Assembly: GCF_042678525.1 (NCBI RefSeq)
Contig: NZ_JBHTKY010000007.1
Direction: 5' to 3' (one strand)
Length of the DNA stretch: 32,000 nt
Origin: Sphingobacterium daejeonense
GTDB taxonomy: Bacteria > Bacteroidota > Bacteroidia > Sphingobacteriales > Sphingobacteriaceae
Part shown: in pieces, positions 1 through 7,633 of the stretch
How the letters are laid out: each line of letters begins with the position of its first letter
Position numbering within the stretch: position 1 is the first letter of the stretch
Program-made: the position numbers and the translations under genes
Notes under the pieces: generated by a model
What the model was told of the DNA's origin: nothing
Databases searched by the model: none
Seen by the model: the letters and a program-made list of their open reading frames with translations, nothing else

Positions 1-1
1 A

Positions 2-2371
2 AGTTTTCGAGCGATGAATCTTCGGATAAGTTTTAGAATTGCTTTGGATTTATTTTTGAAAAGAAATTTTCTGAGTGTTTTTTTGCCTGCCGGCGGCATT
101 TCATCATTGGCCTATAGTACTTCCCAATTGAGGCGAATGAACCTGAACAAAACTCAGATTCATCAAGCCAGTATCTTATATGGATATGTTGCGATGTTTT
201 CAGTTTTTCTCATTGCAGTTCCTATCCTTATTTATACGAGTTGGAAGAGTGACCAATTTGATAATTTATTGGGTCCATTATTGATTTTAGGATTGCTATT
301 GGGATTATCATTCTATATAATTTATTGTTTCAGATATAAGACTCGATTATATTATTGGTTTGAGAAAAGGTTTCCAAAGGCTATTGGTCAGTTTTCAAAT
401 CTATTTTCAAGTCAGGTTAACAAGCGACATTTGCTGTTAGCATTGTTTTACAGTACGGTAGTTGAGTTCTGTGGTGATTTCCATATTTTGATTGCGATGT
501 ATGCCCTTGGCTTGCCGATGTCTTTTGAGGCAGCATTAGTGGGATATATCATTTCCACCTTATTGATGATTGTTTCGCCGTTTTTAAGGGGTTTGGGAGC
601 GGTGGAGCTGTCGATGTTTTTGATTTTTAAAAAGTTCGGTTATAGCCATGAGGCTGGTTTAGGGATCACTCTACTTTATCGAGTTTTTGAGTTTTGGTTA
701 CCATTGGTATTTGGCTTGATTGCTTTCAGTTTAAAAGGCGCACAACTGATTACCAGAATTGGACCCGCAGTAATGATTTTCTTATTGGGATTGGTCAATA
801 TTATTTCAGTTATCACCCCGCCATTGGCGAATCGTTTTCATCTGGAGCGATTTTATTTTCCAGCAGAAGCTCTCTCCATTTCAAAGTTATTGGTGTTGAT
901 CATTGGTGCGGGCCTTTTGGTGAGTTCAACATATCTGTTTCGGGGCTTTAGAGCCGCTTATTGGTTTGCCTGTATCTTTTGCACGATTTCCATATTAGGA
1001 CATTTAATCAAGGGATTCGATTATGAGGAATCAATTATTTCTGCAATTACATTGGGGTTTTTAATCTTTAACCGCGAAGAATATAGAGTTCAGACCAATA
1101 AGTTTTGGTTGAGAATAGGTGTGTTTACATTTTTGTTTTCATTTATTGGGGTATTGCTATTTGAAACTGTTAGTTTCTATATTATCGACAAAAGGCATTT
1201 TGGGATTGATTTCACCTGGAAGGAGTCATTCAGTTTTGCCTTAAAGGAGTTTCTTCTTTTTTCTAATGATGAATTGCTGCCACAAACGCAGTTTGGTAAG
1301 GAGTTTTTGCAGATTAGCAATGTTTTGGGATTAATCTGTTGGATTTTATTCTTCTATACGATCTTAGTTCCTAAGAAGTATACTCCGATTAACAATGGTC
1401 AGGATGAGTTGGCCATGGCGAAGACATTGTTGGATAAATTTGGAAATTCTTCTATGGACTATTTTAAGATTTCAAAGGAGAAGGAGCTTTATTTTTCCAG
1501 GAATTCTTTAGGGTTTGTTTCCTACAGGGTAGCCAATAAATATTCCGTAGTTTTGGATGAACCGGTTTGTCATTGGACAGATAAGGAAGAAATTATCAAA
1601 GAGTTTGAGTGTTATTGCCTTAAGAAGGGGATGAAGAGTATTTATTTTCGAGTTTCTGAAGATAGTTTACTGAATTTTCAAGGGTTAAAGAAAAAGAAAT
1701 TGTTGATCGGGCAGGAAGTCGTGTTGGATGTTCAGCAATTTAACCTTTCTGGGAAATCGAGAAAGTCTTTGCGTAATGGTCTCAATTATTTGGATAAGAA
1801 TGGTTATAAATCTGTAATTCATTACGGTCCCCAAACCAAGGAATTCTTAGTTAAACTCAAGTCTGTTTCTGATGAATGGTTACTGGAAAACAATCGTAAA
1901 GAGGTAGTTTTTTCACAAGGCCAGTTTGATATATCTGCCCTAAGGTCTTTGGATATTATCACGATTGAAGATGCTGCGGGACAGATTGTTGCTTTTCTGA
2001 ACGTAATTCCTGACTATGCGATGGATGAATGTACTTACGATTTATTTCGGAAAGTCTCGAATGCACCTGGATCATGTATGGATGGCTTAATTGTCAAATT
2101 GATTGAATATGCTAAAATCCATGATTATAGGTTCATTAATCTCGGTATGGTGCCGTTGATGGGACTCGATAGACCAGATAATCCGGCAGAGCATATCATG
2201 AATTTCGTGTCGACAAAAATCCCAAAATACCGTAAGTACCAGAATCAAAGAGATTTTAAAGACAAGTATTCTAATAAATGGGAAAAGAGATTTCTGTTGT
2301 TTGATCATGATTTTGATTTAATTCAATTACCCGTGGTGATGAAAAAAGTCATGAGTATCAAAAATTCCTAA
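2..2371 (+). CDS. mprF: MprF-like aminoacyl-phosphatidylglycerol synthase/flippase (polytopic LPG_synthase_TM-type N-terminal region + DUF2156-type C-terminal transferase domain); probably 5'-truncated by the window edge
   Basis: 785-aa ORF from ATG at 14, and the frame is open back to position 2. The first ~450 aa are many hydrophobic helices with two PxGGxG/GLGAVE-like motifs (FLPAGGISSLAY, SPFLRGLGAVELSMF). The soluble C-terminal ~330 aa (YFRVSEDSL...GQEVVLDVQQFNLSGKSRKSLRNGLNYLDKNGY...INLGMVPL) resembles the tRNA-dependent lysyl/alanyl-PG transferase domain. The first motif sits unusually close to the ORF start, which suggests missing N-terminal helices. Confidence 0.65.
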   Translation, partial: SFRAMNLRISFRIALDLFLKRNFLSVFLPAGGISSLAYSTSQLRRMNLNKTQIHQASILYGYVAMFSVFLIAVPILIYTSWKSDQFDNLLGPLLILGLLLGLSFYIIYCFRYKTRLYYWFEKRFPKAIGQFSNLFSSQVNKRHLLLALFYSTVVEFCGDFHILIAMYALGLPMSFEAALVGYIISTLLMIVSPFLRGLGAVELSMFLIFKKFGYSHEAGLGITLLYRVFEFWLPLVFGLIAFSLKGAQLITRIGPAVMIFLLGLVNIISVITPPLANRFHLERFYFPAEALSISKLLVLIIGAGLLVSSTYLFRGFRAAYWFACIFCTISILGHLIKGFDYEESIISAITLGFLIFNREEYRVQTNKFWLRIGVFTFLFSFIGVLLFETVSFYIIDKRHFGIDFTWKESFSFALKEFLLFSNDELLPQTQFGKEFLQISNVLGLICWILFFYTILVPKKYTPINNGQDELAMAKTLLDKFGNSSMDYFKISKEKELYFSRNSLGFVSYRVANKYSVVLDEPVCHWTDKEEIIKEFECYCLKKGMKSIYFRVSEDSLLNFQGLKKKKLLIGQEVVLDVQQFNLSGKSRKSLRNGLNYLDKNGYKSVIHYGPQTKEFLVKLKSVSDEWLLENNRKEVVFSQGQFDISALRSLDIITIEDAAGQIVAFLNVIPDYAMDECTYDLFRKVSNAPGSCMDGLIVKLIEYAKIHDYRFINLGMVPLMGLDRPDNPAEHIMNFVSTKIPKYRKYQNQRDFKDKYSNKWEKRFLLFDHDFDLIQLPVVMKKVMSIKNS

Positions 2372-2565
2372 TTATGGTTAATATAGATTATCTGTTAAAA
2401 CACCTATATTTTATCGCAAAAAACTAACCTATTTATATAGCATTTGCCCTCATAATTGTTAAAAAAAATTATATTTACTTAAATGATTGAGTTAAGTTAA
2501 ATGTTCATTTCATTAATTTAATTATTCAATCATATTCCTATGATTAACTAACTGATGGTCAGTGA

Positions 2566-4311
2566 ATGAGAAAAGATATTTCGTTTAGGTATTGCATTGT
2601 TTTATTATTCTTATTACTTCAAGGCTTTGTTACAATTGGTCAAGACCAATTAGATAGTTTGAGTAAATATTCTCATGATGAACTTTTTGACCGTGCCTTT
2701 GAGACTCGTTCAACTTTATATTTGGAATATCTTGAAAATCAGAAATTAACCCAAGAGGAAAAGAAGCAATTATACCTTTGGTTTTATTACCTGACGGCAG
2801 CTAATGGAAAATTGGATATAACACTGAATTATCTACAAAAATTAGATTCCATTTCAGCTTTGACAAAAGATCCCAAAAATCGATTTTACGCAAAATTGGG
2901 TTTAGCTGAGATCTACTACAAGAAATCGGATTATGAAAAAAGTAAACTAGCATTTGAGAGTGCTGAGCAATATATTAGGGATTTTCCAGAAGGTATAACA
3001 CGAATCTTGGCATCAGCAGAATATTCATATTTCTACTATTTAAGCGGAAATTTTGATGTTTTCAATACAGAAATGGAAAATGCCATCAAGAGCTTGAACG
3101 CTCTCAAGTCTGACAAACTTGAAGAATATGATCGCAGGTATTTGGAGAATGCTAAGGCCACGATAGCTATTAATTTGGCTTGCGGATATATCATGAAGGA
3201 GGATTTTGATCAAGCTGCTGAAGAGTTGAAATTGGTTGATCAGATTTATGAGGAGAATTTCAAGGGAGATGTGAACACCAATTCTGTTCATACGATCTTG
3301 GTTAAGGGTAAATATCATTTTTTCAAAAAGGAGTTCGAGAAAGCCATTCCATTTTTTCAGGAAGTAATAAAAATCAATGAGAGCCAGGAATTCCAAGAAG
3401 ATGCTTATATGTCTGAAGTTTTTCTTGGAATTATTTATTACCAATTAGGAGATTATAATTCCTCTTTATCCCATTTGGAAACCGCAATTAAGAGTCCAAT
3501 GGTAGTTGCTGATTATGTAAAGTATGAGATGGAATCCTACCGATATGCTTATTTGGCCAGTAAGCAATTAAATGACACAGACAAATCATTGATGTATTCA
3601 GGTTTGTATATGGAACAGGATGAGCAACTCAATGATAACGAAAGATCTAATTTTATTAATTCATTCATCAATAATCTAGAAGTCGGAAAACTTCAAAAAG
3701 ACCTTTCAGCAAAAAATAATACTAACTTTTTATTGAGATATATACTTTTTGGCTTGGCTGTATTGATTGCTGGGTTGGGGATTATCTTGTTTTATCAATT
3801 TAAAGAAAACAAGAAAAACAAGCAAAAAATTGCAGACTACCTGGATCAATTGAATTCAGACAAGAAAAAGAAAGAGGATAGTTCAAGTGCTAAGAAGGAG
3901 GCAATTGTTCAAGAAAACAATGCTATAGCACAAACTCAAGAAATGGATGAAAAGACCGTTCGCATTTTGGACAAGCTTGAGGAATTTGAAGAAGGGGATC
4001 TTTTCGTAGACAGTAAAATGAGTTTGGCATATCTAGCGAGTTATTTAGGTACGAATACGATTACACTCTCAAAAATAATCAATACCTACAAGGAGATGAA
4101 TTTCAATGATTACATTAATGGTTTGCGGATCCGTTATATCATTGAAAAAATCAAGAATGAACCGAAATTTGAACAGTACAAAATTTCCTATTTAGCGGAG
4201 GTCAGTGGATTCTCATCCCACAGTATCTTCAGTAAAGCATTCAAGAAAAGTACTGGTGTAACGCCTTCGCAATTTTTGGATTATCTGAAAGATGAGCCTG
4301 TCGGACAGTAA
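2566..4311 (+). CDS. Membrane-anchored one-component regulator: signal/anchor + TPR-like extracytoplasmic domain + single TM + cytoplasmic AraC-type HTH
   Basis: N-terminal hydrophobic leader (CIVLLFLLLQGFVTIG). The ~370-aa helical repeat region is rich in Y/L/A/E, typical of TPR. The TM segment is FLLRYILFGLAVLIAGLGIILFY, followed by a K/E-rich linker. The C-terminal ~100 aa carry the AraC HTH signature (LAYLASYLGTNTITLSKIIN...ISYLAEVSGFSSHSIFSKAFKKSTGVTPSQF). Confidence 0.75.
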   Translation: MRKDISFRYCIVLLFLLLQGFVTIGQDQLDSLSKYSHDELFDRAFETRSTLYLEYLENQKLTQEEKKQLYLWFYYLTAANGKLDITLNYLQKLDSISALTKDPKNRFYAKLGLAEIYYKKSDYEKSKLAFESAEQYIRDFPEGITRILASAEYSYFYYLSGNFDVFNTEMENAIKSLNALKSDKLEEYDRRYLENAKATIAINLACGYIMKEDFDQAAEELKLVDQIYEENFKGDVNTNSVHTILVKGKYHFFKKEFEKAIPFFQEVIKINESQEFQEDAYMSEVFLGIIYYQLGDYNSSLSHLETAIKSPMVVADYVKYEMESYRYAYLASKQLNDTDKSLMYSGLYMEQDEQLNDNERSNFINSFINNLEVGKLQKDLSAKNNTNFLLRYILFGLAVLIAGLGIILFYQFKENKKNKQKIADYLDQLNSDKKKKEDSSSAKKEAIVQENNAIAQTQEMDEKTVRILDKLEEFEEGDLFVDSKMSLAYLASYLGTNTITLSKIINTYKEMNFNDYINGLRIRYIIEKIKNEPKFEQYKISYLAEVSGFSSHSIFSKAFKKSTGVTPSQFLDYLKDEPVGQ

Positions 4312-4425
4312 TTTATGTATTTCTATCTACCGCATTTATATAATTTGACAATACCAACATTCTAATACCTTCCATTTGAGTCTTACATTTGGGTAAAACA
4401 TTTTTGTTTTACTAAATCGTAAGAG

Positions 4426-5214
4426 ATGTTCAAATCCTTGTTCAGAAAAAAAATAGAGATTCCAAGTCATGATGAGAATTGGCAGGTTTATTTTTCTCGA
4501 ATCAATAATCAAAAAGCTTCGGTAATCGTAGATCTGAATGTGGCAGATATTGCTCCAGTAAAAGACCTTCCTTTTGTTTTTTATTTGATTGTTCCTTATG
4601 ATTCTGCGGCGGAGGACGGTCTACCTACCATGGAGAGTTTTAAGCTCATCAATGAAGTTGAAGATAAGATTGCTGAACTAAAGGATAAATATACAAAGAA
4701 CCTACTGCATGTTGCAACGATAAGTATGAATGCAGAAAGGTTACAGATGTATTACTGCCATAAAATTTCTGACACTGAGGCGTTTTTACAACAGGTAGAC
4801 ATTGCATTCGGTGAACGCTTAACTTACCAGACCGATTATCGGGAAGACTTAAAATGGGATGATTTTTACGATCTAGCATATCCATTGCCTTTTCAGCTTG
4901 AAATGATCAAGAACAGAAGTGTCGTAAAAATGCTAATCGAGGCAGGGGATTCATTATCTCAAGCACGGCCGATCCACCATTATTTGAATTTTGTAGAGGA
5001 AAAAGATGTTGCTGACTTTTTGGAATTTGCAGAGAAGGAAGGGTTTGCAATACAATCCAAAGAAAAGGAACAGGACGGGTGGAAAGTGAGTATATCCCGG
5101 TCAGATTATATTTCCTATGAACATATAGATGATTTATGCTTACCCCTTTGGGAAAAAGCGGAAGCACATAACGGCCATTATGATGGATGGGAATCGCAAG
5201 TTATTTCAAATTAG
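4426..5214 (+). CDS. DUF695-like N-terminal domain fused to RraB-like (regulator of RNase E activity B / YjgD family) C-terminal domain
   Basis: The C-terminal ~85 aa (IHHYLNFVEEKDVADFLEFAEKEGFAIQSKE...WKVSISR...HIDDLCLPLWEKAEAHNGHYDGWES) follow the RraB pattern IEHHL..A...GY.V......YDGW. The N-terminal half resembles the DUF695 family that is often fused to it. Assignment from memory of the family, not from a search. Confidence 0.55.
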   Translation: MFKSLFRKKIEIPSHDENWQVYFSRINNQKASVIVDLNVADIAPVKDLPFVFYLIVPYDSAAEDGLPTMESFKLINEVEDKIAELKDKYTKNLLHVATISMNAERLQMYYCHKISDTEAFLQQVDIAFGERLTYQTDYREDLKWDDFYDLAYPLPFQLEMIKNRSVVKMLIEAGDSLSQARPIHHYLNFVEEKDVADFLEFAEKEGFAIQSKEKEQDGWKVSISRSDYISYEHIDDLCLPLWEKAEAHNGHYDGWESQVISN

Positions 5215-5244
5215 AATTATTAATCACATTAAAATAATATTACA

Positions 5245-5943
5245 ATGTTTATAAGTGTCCAAAGAGTAGAGGAGGCTTCGTTTTCGGCAGACCATCTTCA
5301 GAATCCAGTTAATCCCAATAATTTAATGGTTTTAGGTTTTTACAGGAATTATATGGGTACTGCATTCACCCAAAGTTACAATAAGAAAGCTGCGCCAATT
5401 TATTGGGATACCGTAACAGGGAAGACAATTTCAAGGAGGAAATGGACGGCAGAAATGAAATCTTATGCTGAAAAGTGTGCTACAGAAGTACCTCCTGCTC
5501 CATTTAAGTTTAAATTAACTGTAGTTGGTTATATTTTTATTGTTGCTATTATAGCTTTTTTCGCATATTTAACTTATGATTCTCTTAAACCACCTGCAAA
5601 TCCTTCTGCTATTGGTCCGACCGTATTAATGGAGAAAATGATGGCAGGAGATATTTATTATGGAAGATTTATAGAAATGGATACTAATTCCAGATTTTCG
5701 AAAAGGGCAGGATTCGGATGGTTCAAAGTCACAGATGCGGGCGACGAAATAGTGTCAATTTCGTTGAATAAAGAAATGAGTACTGCACACAAGCCTTCAG
5801 CTGAAATGAATAGCACTGATTTTGAATCTGAAACCATTCCTATGAAAATTAAAAGTCAAGAACCTTATCAGATTGACTTGGTTTCAGAAGATGGAACTAT
5901 TGAAATGAGTTTCTCGGAAAAGAAGATAAATCATGGCTCCTAA
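5245..5943 (+). CDS. Hypothetical single-pass membrane protein
   Basis: 232-aa ORF with one central hydrophobic helix (LTVVGYIFIVAIIAFFAYLTY). No recognisable motifs. The stop overlaps the next start by 11 nt (ATGGCTCCTAA, 5933-5943). Confidence 0.5.
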   Translation: MFISVQRVEEASFSADHLQNPVNPNNLMVLGFYRNYMGTAFTQSYNKKAAPIYWDTVTGKTISRRKWTAEMKSYAEKCATEVPPAPFKFKLTVVGYIFIVAIIAFFAYLTYDSLKPPANPSAIGPTVLMEKMMAGDIYYGRFIEMDTNSRFSKRAGFGWFKVTDAGDEIVSISLNKEMSTAHKPSAEMNSTDFESETIPMKIKSQEPYQIDLVSEDGTIEMSFSEKKINHGS

Positions 5944-6508
5944 AAAGGAATTATCTGCAAAGCGTGTGATAAAAATTGTTTTAACCTGTATTGTGGTTGG
6001 TTTTTTCTTGTTTGTGTTTTTCCTATTTCAAACTTGCAAGACTAAATCAACCAACATCGGAAATAAAGATCCATTCAAAGACTTGTTAGGGAAGGAGCTG
6101 GTTTTGAAACGGCCAGTGCGATTATTTATGGAGAAATATCCTACAAGGAAGTCGTTTCCTTATGTCATGGCAGATACGAATCTTTATAGTTGGCAAAGCT
6201 ATACTTCCGCATTACAAGCAACAGAACCTGAGATTAAGTTAGGCGATTCCATCCAGGAGAATTCAAAGGTTGTTTTTGAAAAGGCTACACAGTATACTAA
6301 TGGGGTATCAGGTTTTTCGAGGTCCAAATTGTTCGGAACATTAACCAGCACAGAAGGAAAGACATATCAAGTAGAGATGCAGTGGGGAGAATTGAATTCT
6401 AATCTTCCTTGGGAGGGGTCGGATAAGGCATATAGATTTGAATTGGCCCCTTGGCAGACAGAAAGAGATACGGCTTCGTATTATTTGCCAACAGCACAAT
6501 GGTGGTAG
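5933..6508 (+). CDS. Hypothetical N-terminally anchored protein; its last 13 codons lie in the left copy of the 40-bp direct repeat
   Basis: 191-aa ORF with an N-terminal anchor (IVLTCIVVGFFLFVFFLF). No recognisable domain. Overlapping start/stop with the upstream ORF suggests translational coupling. Confidence 0.5.
   Translation: MAPKKELSAKRVIKIVLTCIVVGFFLFVFFLFQTCKTKSTNIGNKDPFKDLLGKELVLKRPVRLFMEKYPTRKSFPYVMADTNLYSWQSYTSALQATEPEIKLGDSIQENSKVVFEKATQYTNGVSGFSRSKLFGTLTSTEGKTYQVEMQWGELNSNLPWEGSDKAYRFELAPWQTERDTASYYLPTAQWW
6468..6507. repeat. Left copy of perfect 40-bp direct repeat ATACGGCTTCGTATTATTTGCCAACAGCACAATGGTGGTA
   Basis: Read directly. Identical to 6950-6989. Encodes ..TASYYLPTAQWW, followed by TAG. 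Confidence 0.95.
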
Positions 6509-6511
6509 CGA

Positions 6512-6697
6512 TTAATTGACTGGAATAGATTCTCCTCTATCTTTTAATTCTTCAATATAGATTTCGATTGCTTCTTTTGCCATAGAAATTGCTTCGTCAA
6601 CATCTTGACCATAAGTGATGCAACCAGGTAAAGCTGGGACAGTAACGGTGTATCCTCCTTCCACTTCTTTATGTAAAAGTATTTTGTATGTGTACAT
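6512..6697 (-). CDS. hicB: HicB-family (UPF0150 / RNase H-like fold) type II antitoxin, short form without a DNA-binding domain; no hicA partner present
   Basis: MYTYKILLHKEVEGGYTVTVPALPGCITYGQDVDEAISMAKEAIEIYIEELKDRGESIPVN matches the HicB N-terminal domain pattern (..GGY.v..PdLPGC.t.G.t.eEA...akEAi..y.e.l...G..iP). I trimmed the track ORF (6512-6784, TTG start) to the ATG at 6695-6697 because the upstream 29 codons are AT-rich and promoter-like. Confidence 0.8.
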   Translation of the reverse strand: MYTYKILLHKEVEGGYTVTVPALPGCITYGQDVDEAISMAKEAIEIYIEELKDRGESIPVN

Positions 6698-6891
6698 TGT
6701 TTTCGAGCTGAAATTTCTATAAATAAAGCTTTTATGATTTATAAAATTAATGATTTGATTTAAGGTTAAGAAATATCCCATCAATTTTTAGCTTCGATTC
6801 TGACAAACAGGGATGGCCTTACGAACTGGCTGATATTCCCGCCAGTAACTCGTCGCGTCAATAGTGATCGGTGAGGGCACCGACGACGGAT

Positions 6892-6957
6892 TCGTGACTC
6901 TACCACGGCTAGACTACGGTCGTGATTCTAGAACGTCTTCGCGACTCTAATACGGCT
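6892..6957. repeat. Three imperfect 19-nt direct repeats, consensus TCGYGAYTCTANNACGKCT (6892-6910, 6920-6938, 6939-6957), inside a GC-rich non-coding block
   Basis: Aligned by eye: TCGTGACTCTACCACGGCT / TCGTGATTCTAGAACGTCT / TCGCGACTCTAATACGGCT. That is 3-4 mismatches pairwise. Units 2 and 3 are directly tandem, and unit 3 runs into the right 40-bp repeat copy. Confidence 0.8.
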
Positions 6958-6989
6958 TCGTATTATTTGCCAACAGCACAATGGTGGTA
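6950..6989. repeat. Right copy of perfect 40-bp direct repeat
   Basis: Identical to 6468-6507. Followed by A, giving TAA in the same frame as the duplicated peptide tail. Confidence 0.95.
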
Positions 6990-6996
6990 ATCATAC

Positions 6997-7052
6997 CTTA
7001 TGTCGTATGTCTTACGTCTTATGTCTTATGTCTACTGTCTACTGTCTACTGT
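6997..7052. repeat. Tandem heptamer array, 8 units (CTTATGT CGTATGT CTTACGT CTTATGT CTTATGT CTACTGT CTACTGT CTACTGT)
   Basis: Read directly. Exact 7-nt register. The array ends at the complement of the idi stop codon (CTA, 7053-7055), so on the minus strand AGACAGT/AGACATA units begin immediately after the idi stop. Confidence 0.9.
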
Positions 7053-7577
7053 CTAAAGAATGTCCTCAAAATCCATTTTTCCAAAAATCAGCTTAAACCA
7101 AAAGGTATAATTTTCTGGGTTTTCTTGCAGGTCTTTTTTAAGTTCATCCAGGCTGATGGATTTAATATCTTTAATTTCTTCAGGATTTAGATTGAAGTTG
7201 TTTTGGGAGAATTTTCCGATGAAAATATGGTCATACTCATTTTCCCATAGGCCATTTTCGAGTTTCTCTTCGTAACTAATCTGGAACACTTCATGAATGT
7301 CCACATGTATTCCCATTTCTTCAAAGGTCCTTCTTTTTGCAGCTTTTATAGTAGTTTCATTAGGTCTAGGGTGTCCACAGCATGCGTTTGTCCACAAGCC
7401 TGGGCTATGGTATTTTGAATCAGCTCTTTGCTGTAATATCATGTTATTATTCTCATCAAATAGAAATACCGAAAATGCTCTATGTTTTTTATTAAGTACA
7501 TGCGCTTCTTGTTTTTCCATTTCACCGATTTCTTGATCATTCTGATCAACCAATATCACAAATTCTTCTGGAGCCAT
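7053..7577 (-). CDS. idi: Isopentenyl-diphosphate delta-isomerase, type 1 (Nudix fold)
   Basis: HRAFSVFLFDENNNMILQQRADSKYHSPGLWTNACCGHPRPNETTIKAAKRRTFEEMGI parallels E. coli Idi (HLAFSSWLF...[21 protein letters not shown]...), including the catalytic Cys in TN.CCGHP and the Nudix-like E-rich helix. Confidence 0.9.
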   Translation of the reverse strand: MAPEEFVILVDQNDQEIGEMEKQEAHVLNKKHRAFSVFLFDENNNMILQQRADSKYHSPGLWTNACCGHPRPNETTIKAAKRRTFEEMGIHVDIHEVFQISYEEKLENGLWENEYDHIFIGKFSQNNFNLNPEEIKDIKSISLDELKKDLQENPENYTFWFKLIFGKMDFEDIL

Positions 7578-7633
7578 ATTATAGATTTGGGTTAATTTCT
7601 AAGATATAGATTATGGGCTATTAAACCTAAGTT

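Noticed and set aside
694-5167. Short internal or antisense ORFs within the MprF-like, TPR-AraC and DUF695 genes (694-951, 2087-2308, 3040-3444, 4649-4885, 4907-5167)
   Set aside because: They are fully nested in longer ORFs with recognisable domains, and their translations are low-complexity or motif-free. They are shadow ORFs.
6698-6784. Longer N-terminal extensions offered by the ORF track (hicB from 6784, ltaE from 8683, DUF2891 from 9480, small ORF from 11171, reductase from 24936)
   Set aside because: The extensions begin at TTG or at upstream ATGs. They add AT-rich, non-conserved-looking residues ahead of clear native N-termini: a signal peptide, a family-typical first strand, or MESK.../MFTFRISE... 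Downstream ATGs were preferred, though this remains uncertain without RBS or proteomic data.
6698-6950. Looked for a hicA toxin gene next to hicB
   Set aside because: The track lists no ORF of 60 aa or more in this interval. My manual translation of the three minus-strand frames gives only stop-interrupted frames or a ~42-codon GTG-initiated frame (VVESRIRRRCPHRSLL...) with no HicA-like motif. The lower-coordinate side of hicB abuts the convergent 191-aa CDS after 3 nt.
6785-6989. Integron-type gene cassette with an attC site
   Set aside because: I found no R''/R' core sites (RYYYAAC ... GTTRRRY) and no attC-like imperfect palindrome in the GC-rich block. No integron integrase is present in the window.
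6981-7190. 69-aa ORF (MVVIIPYVVCLTSYVLCLLSTVYCL...)
   Set aside because: Its N-terminal half is the translation of the heptamer array, and the rest is antisense to idi. It is an artefact of repeat DNA.
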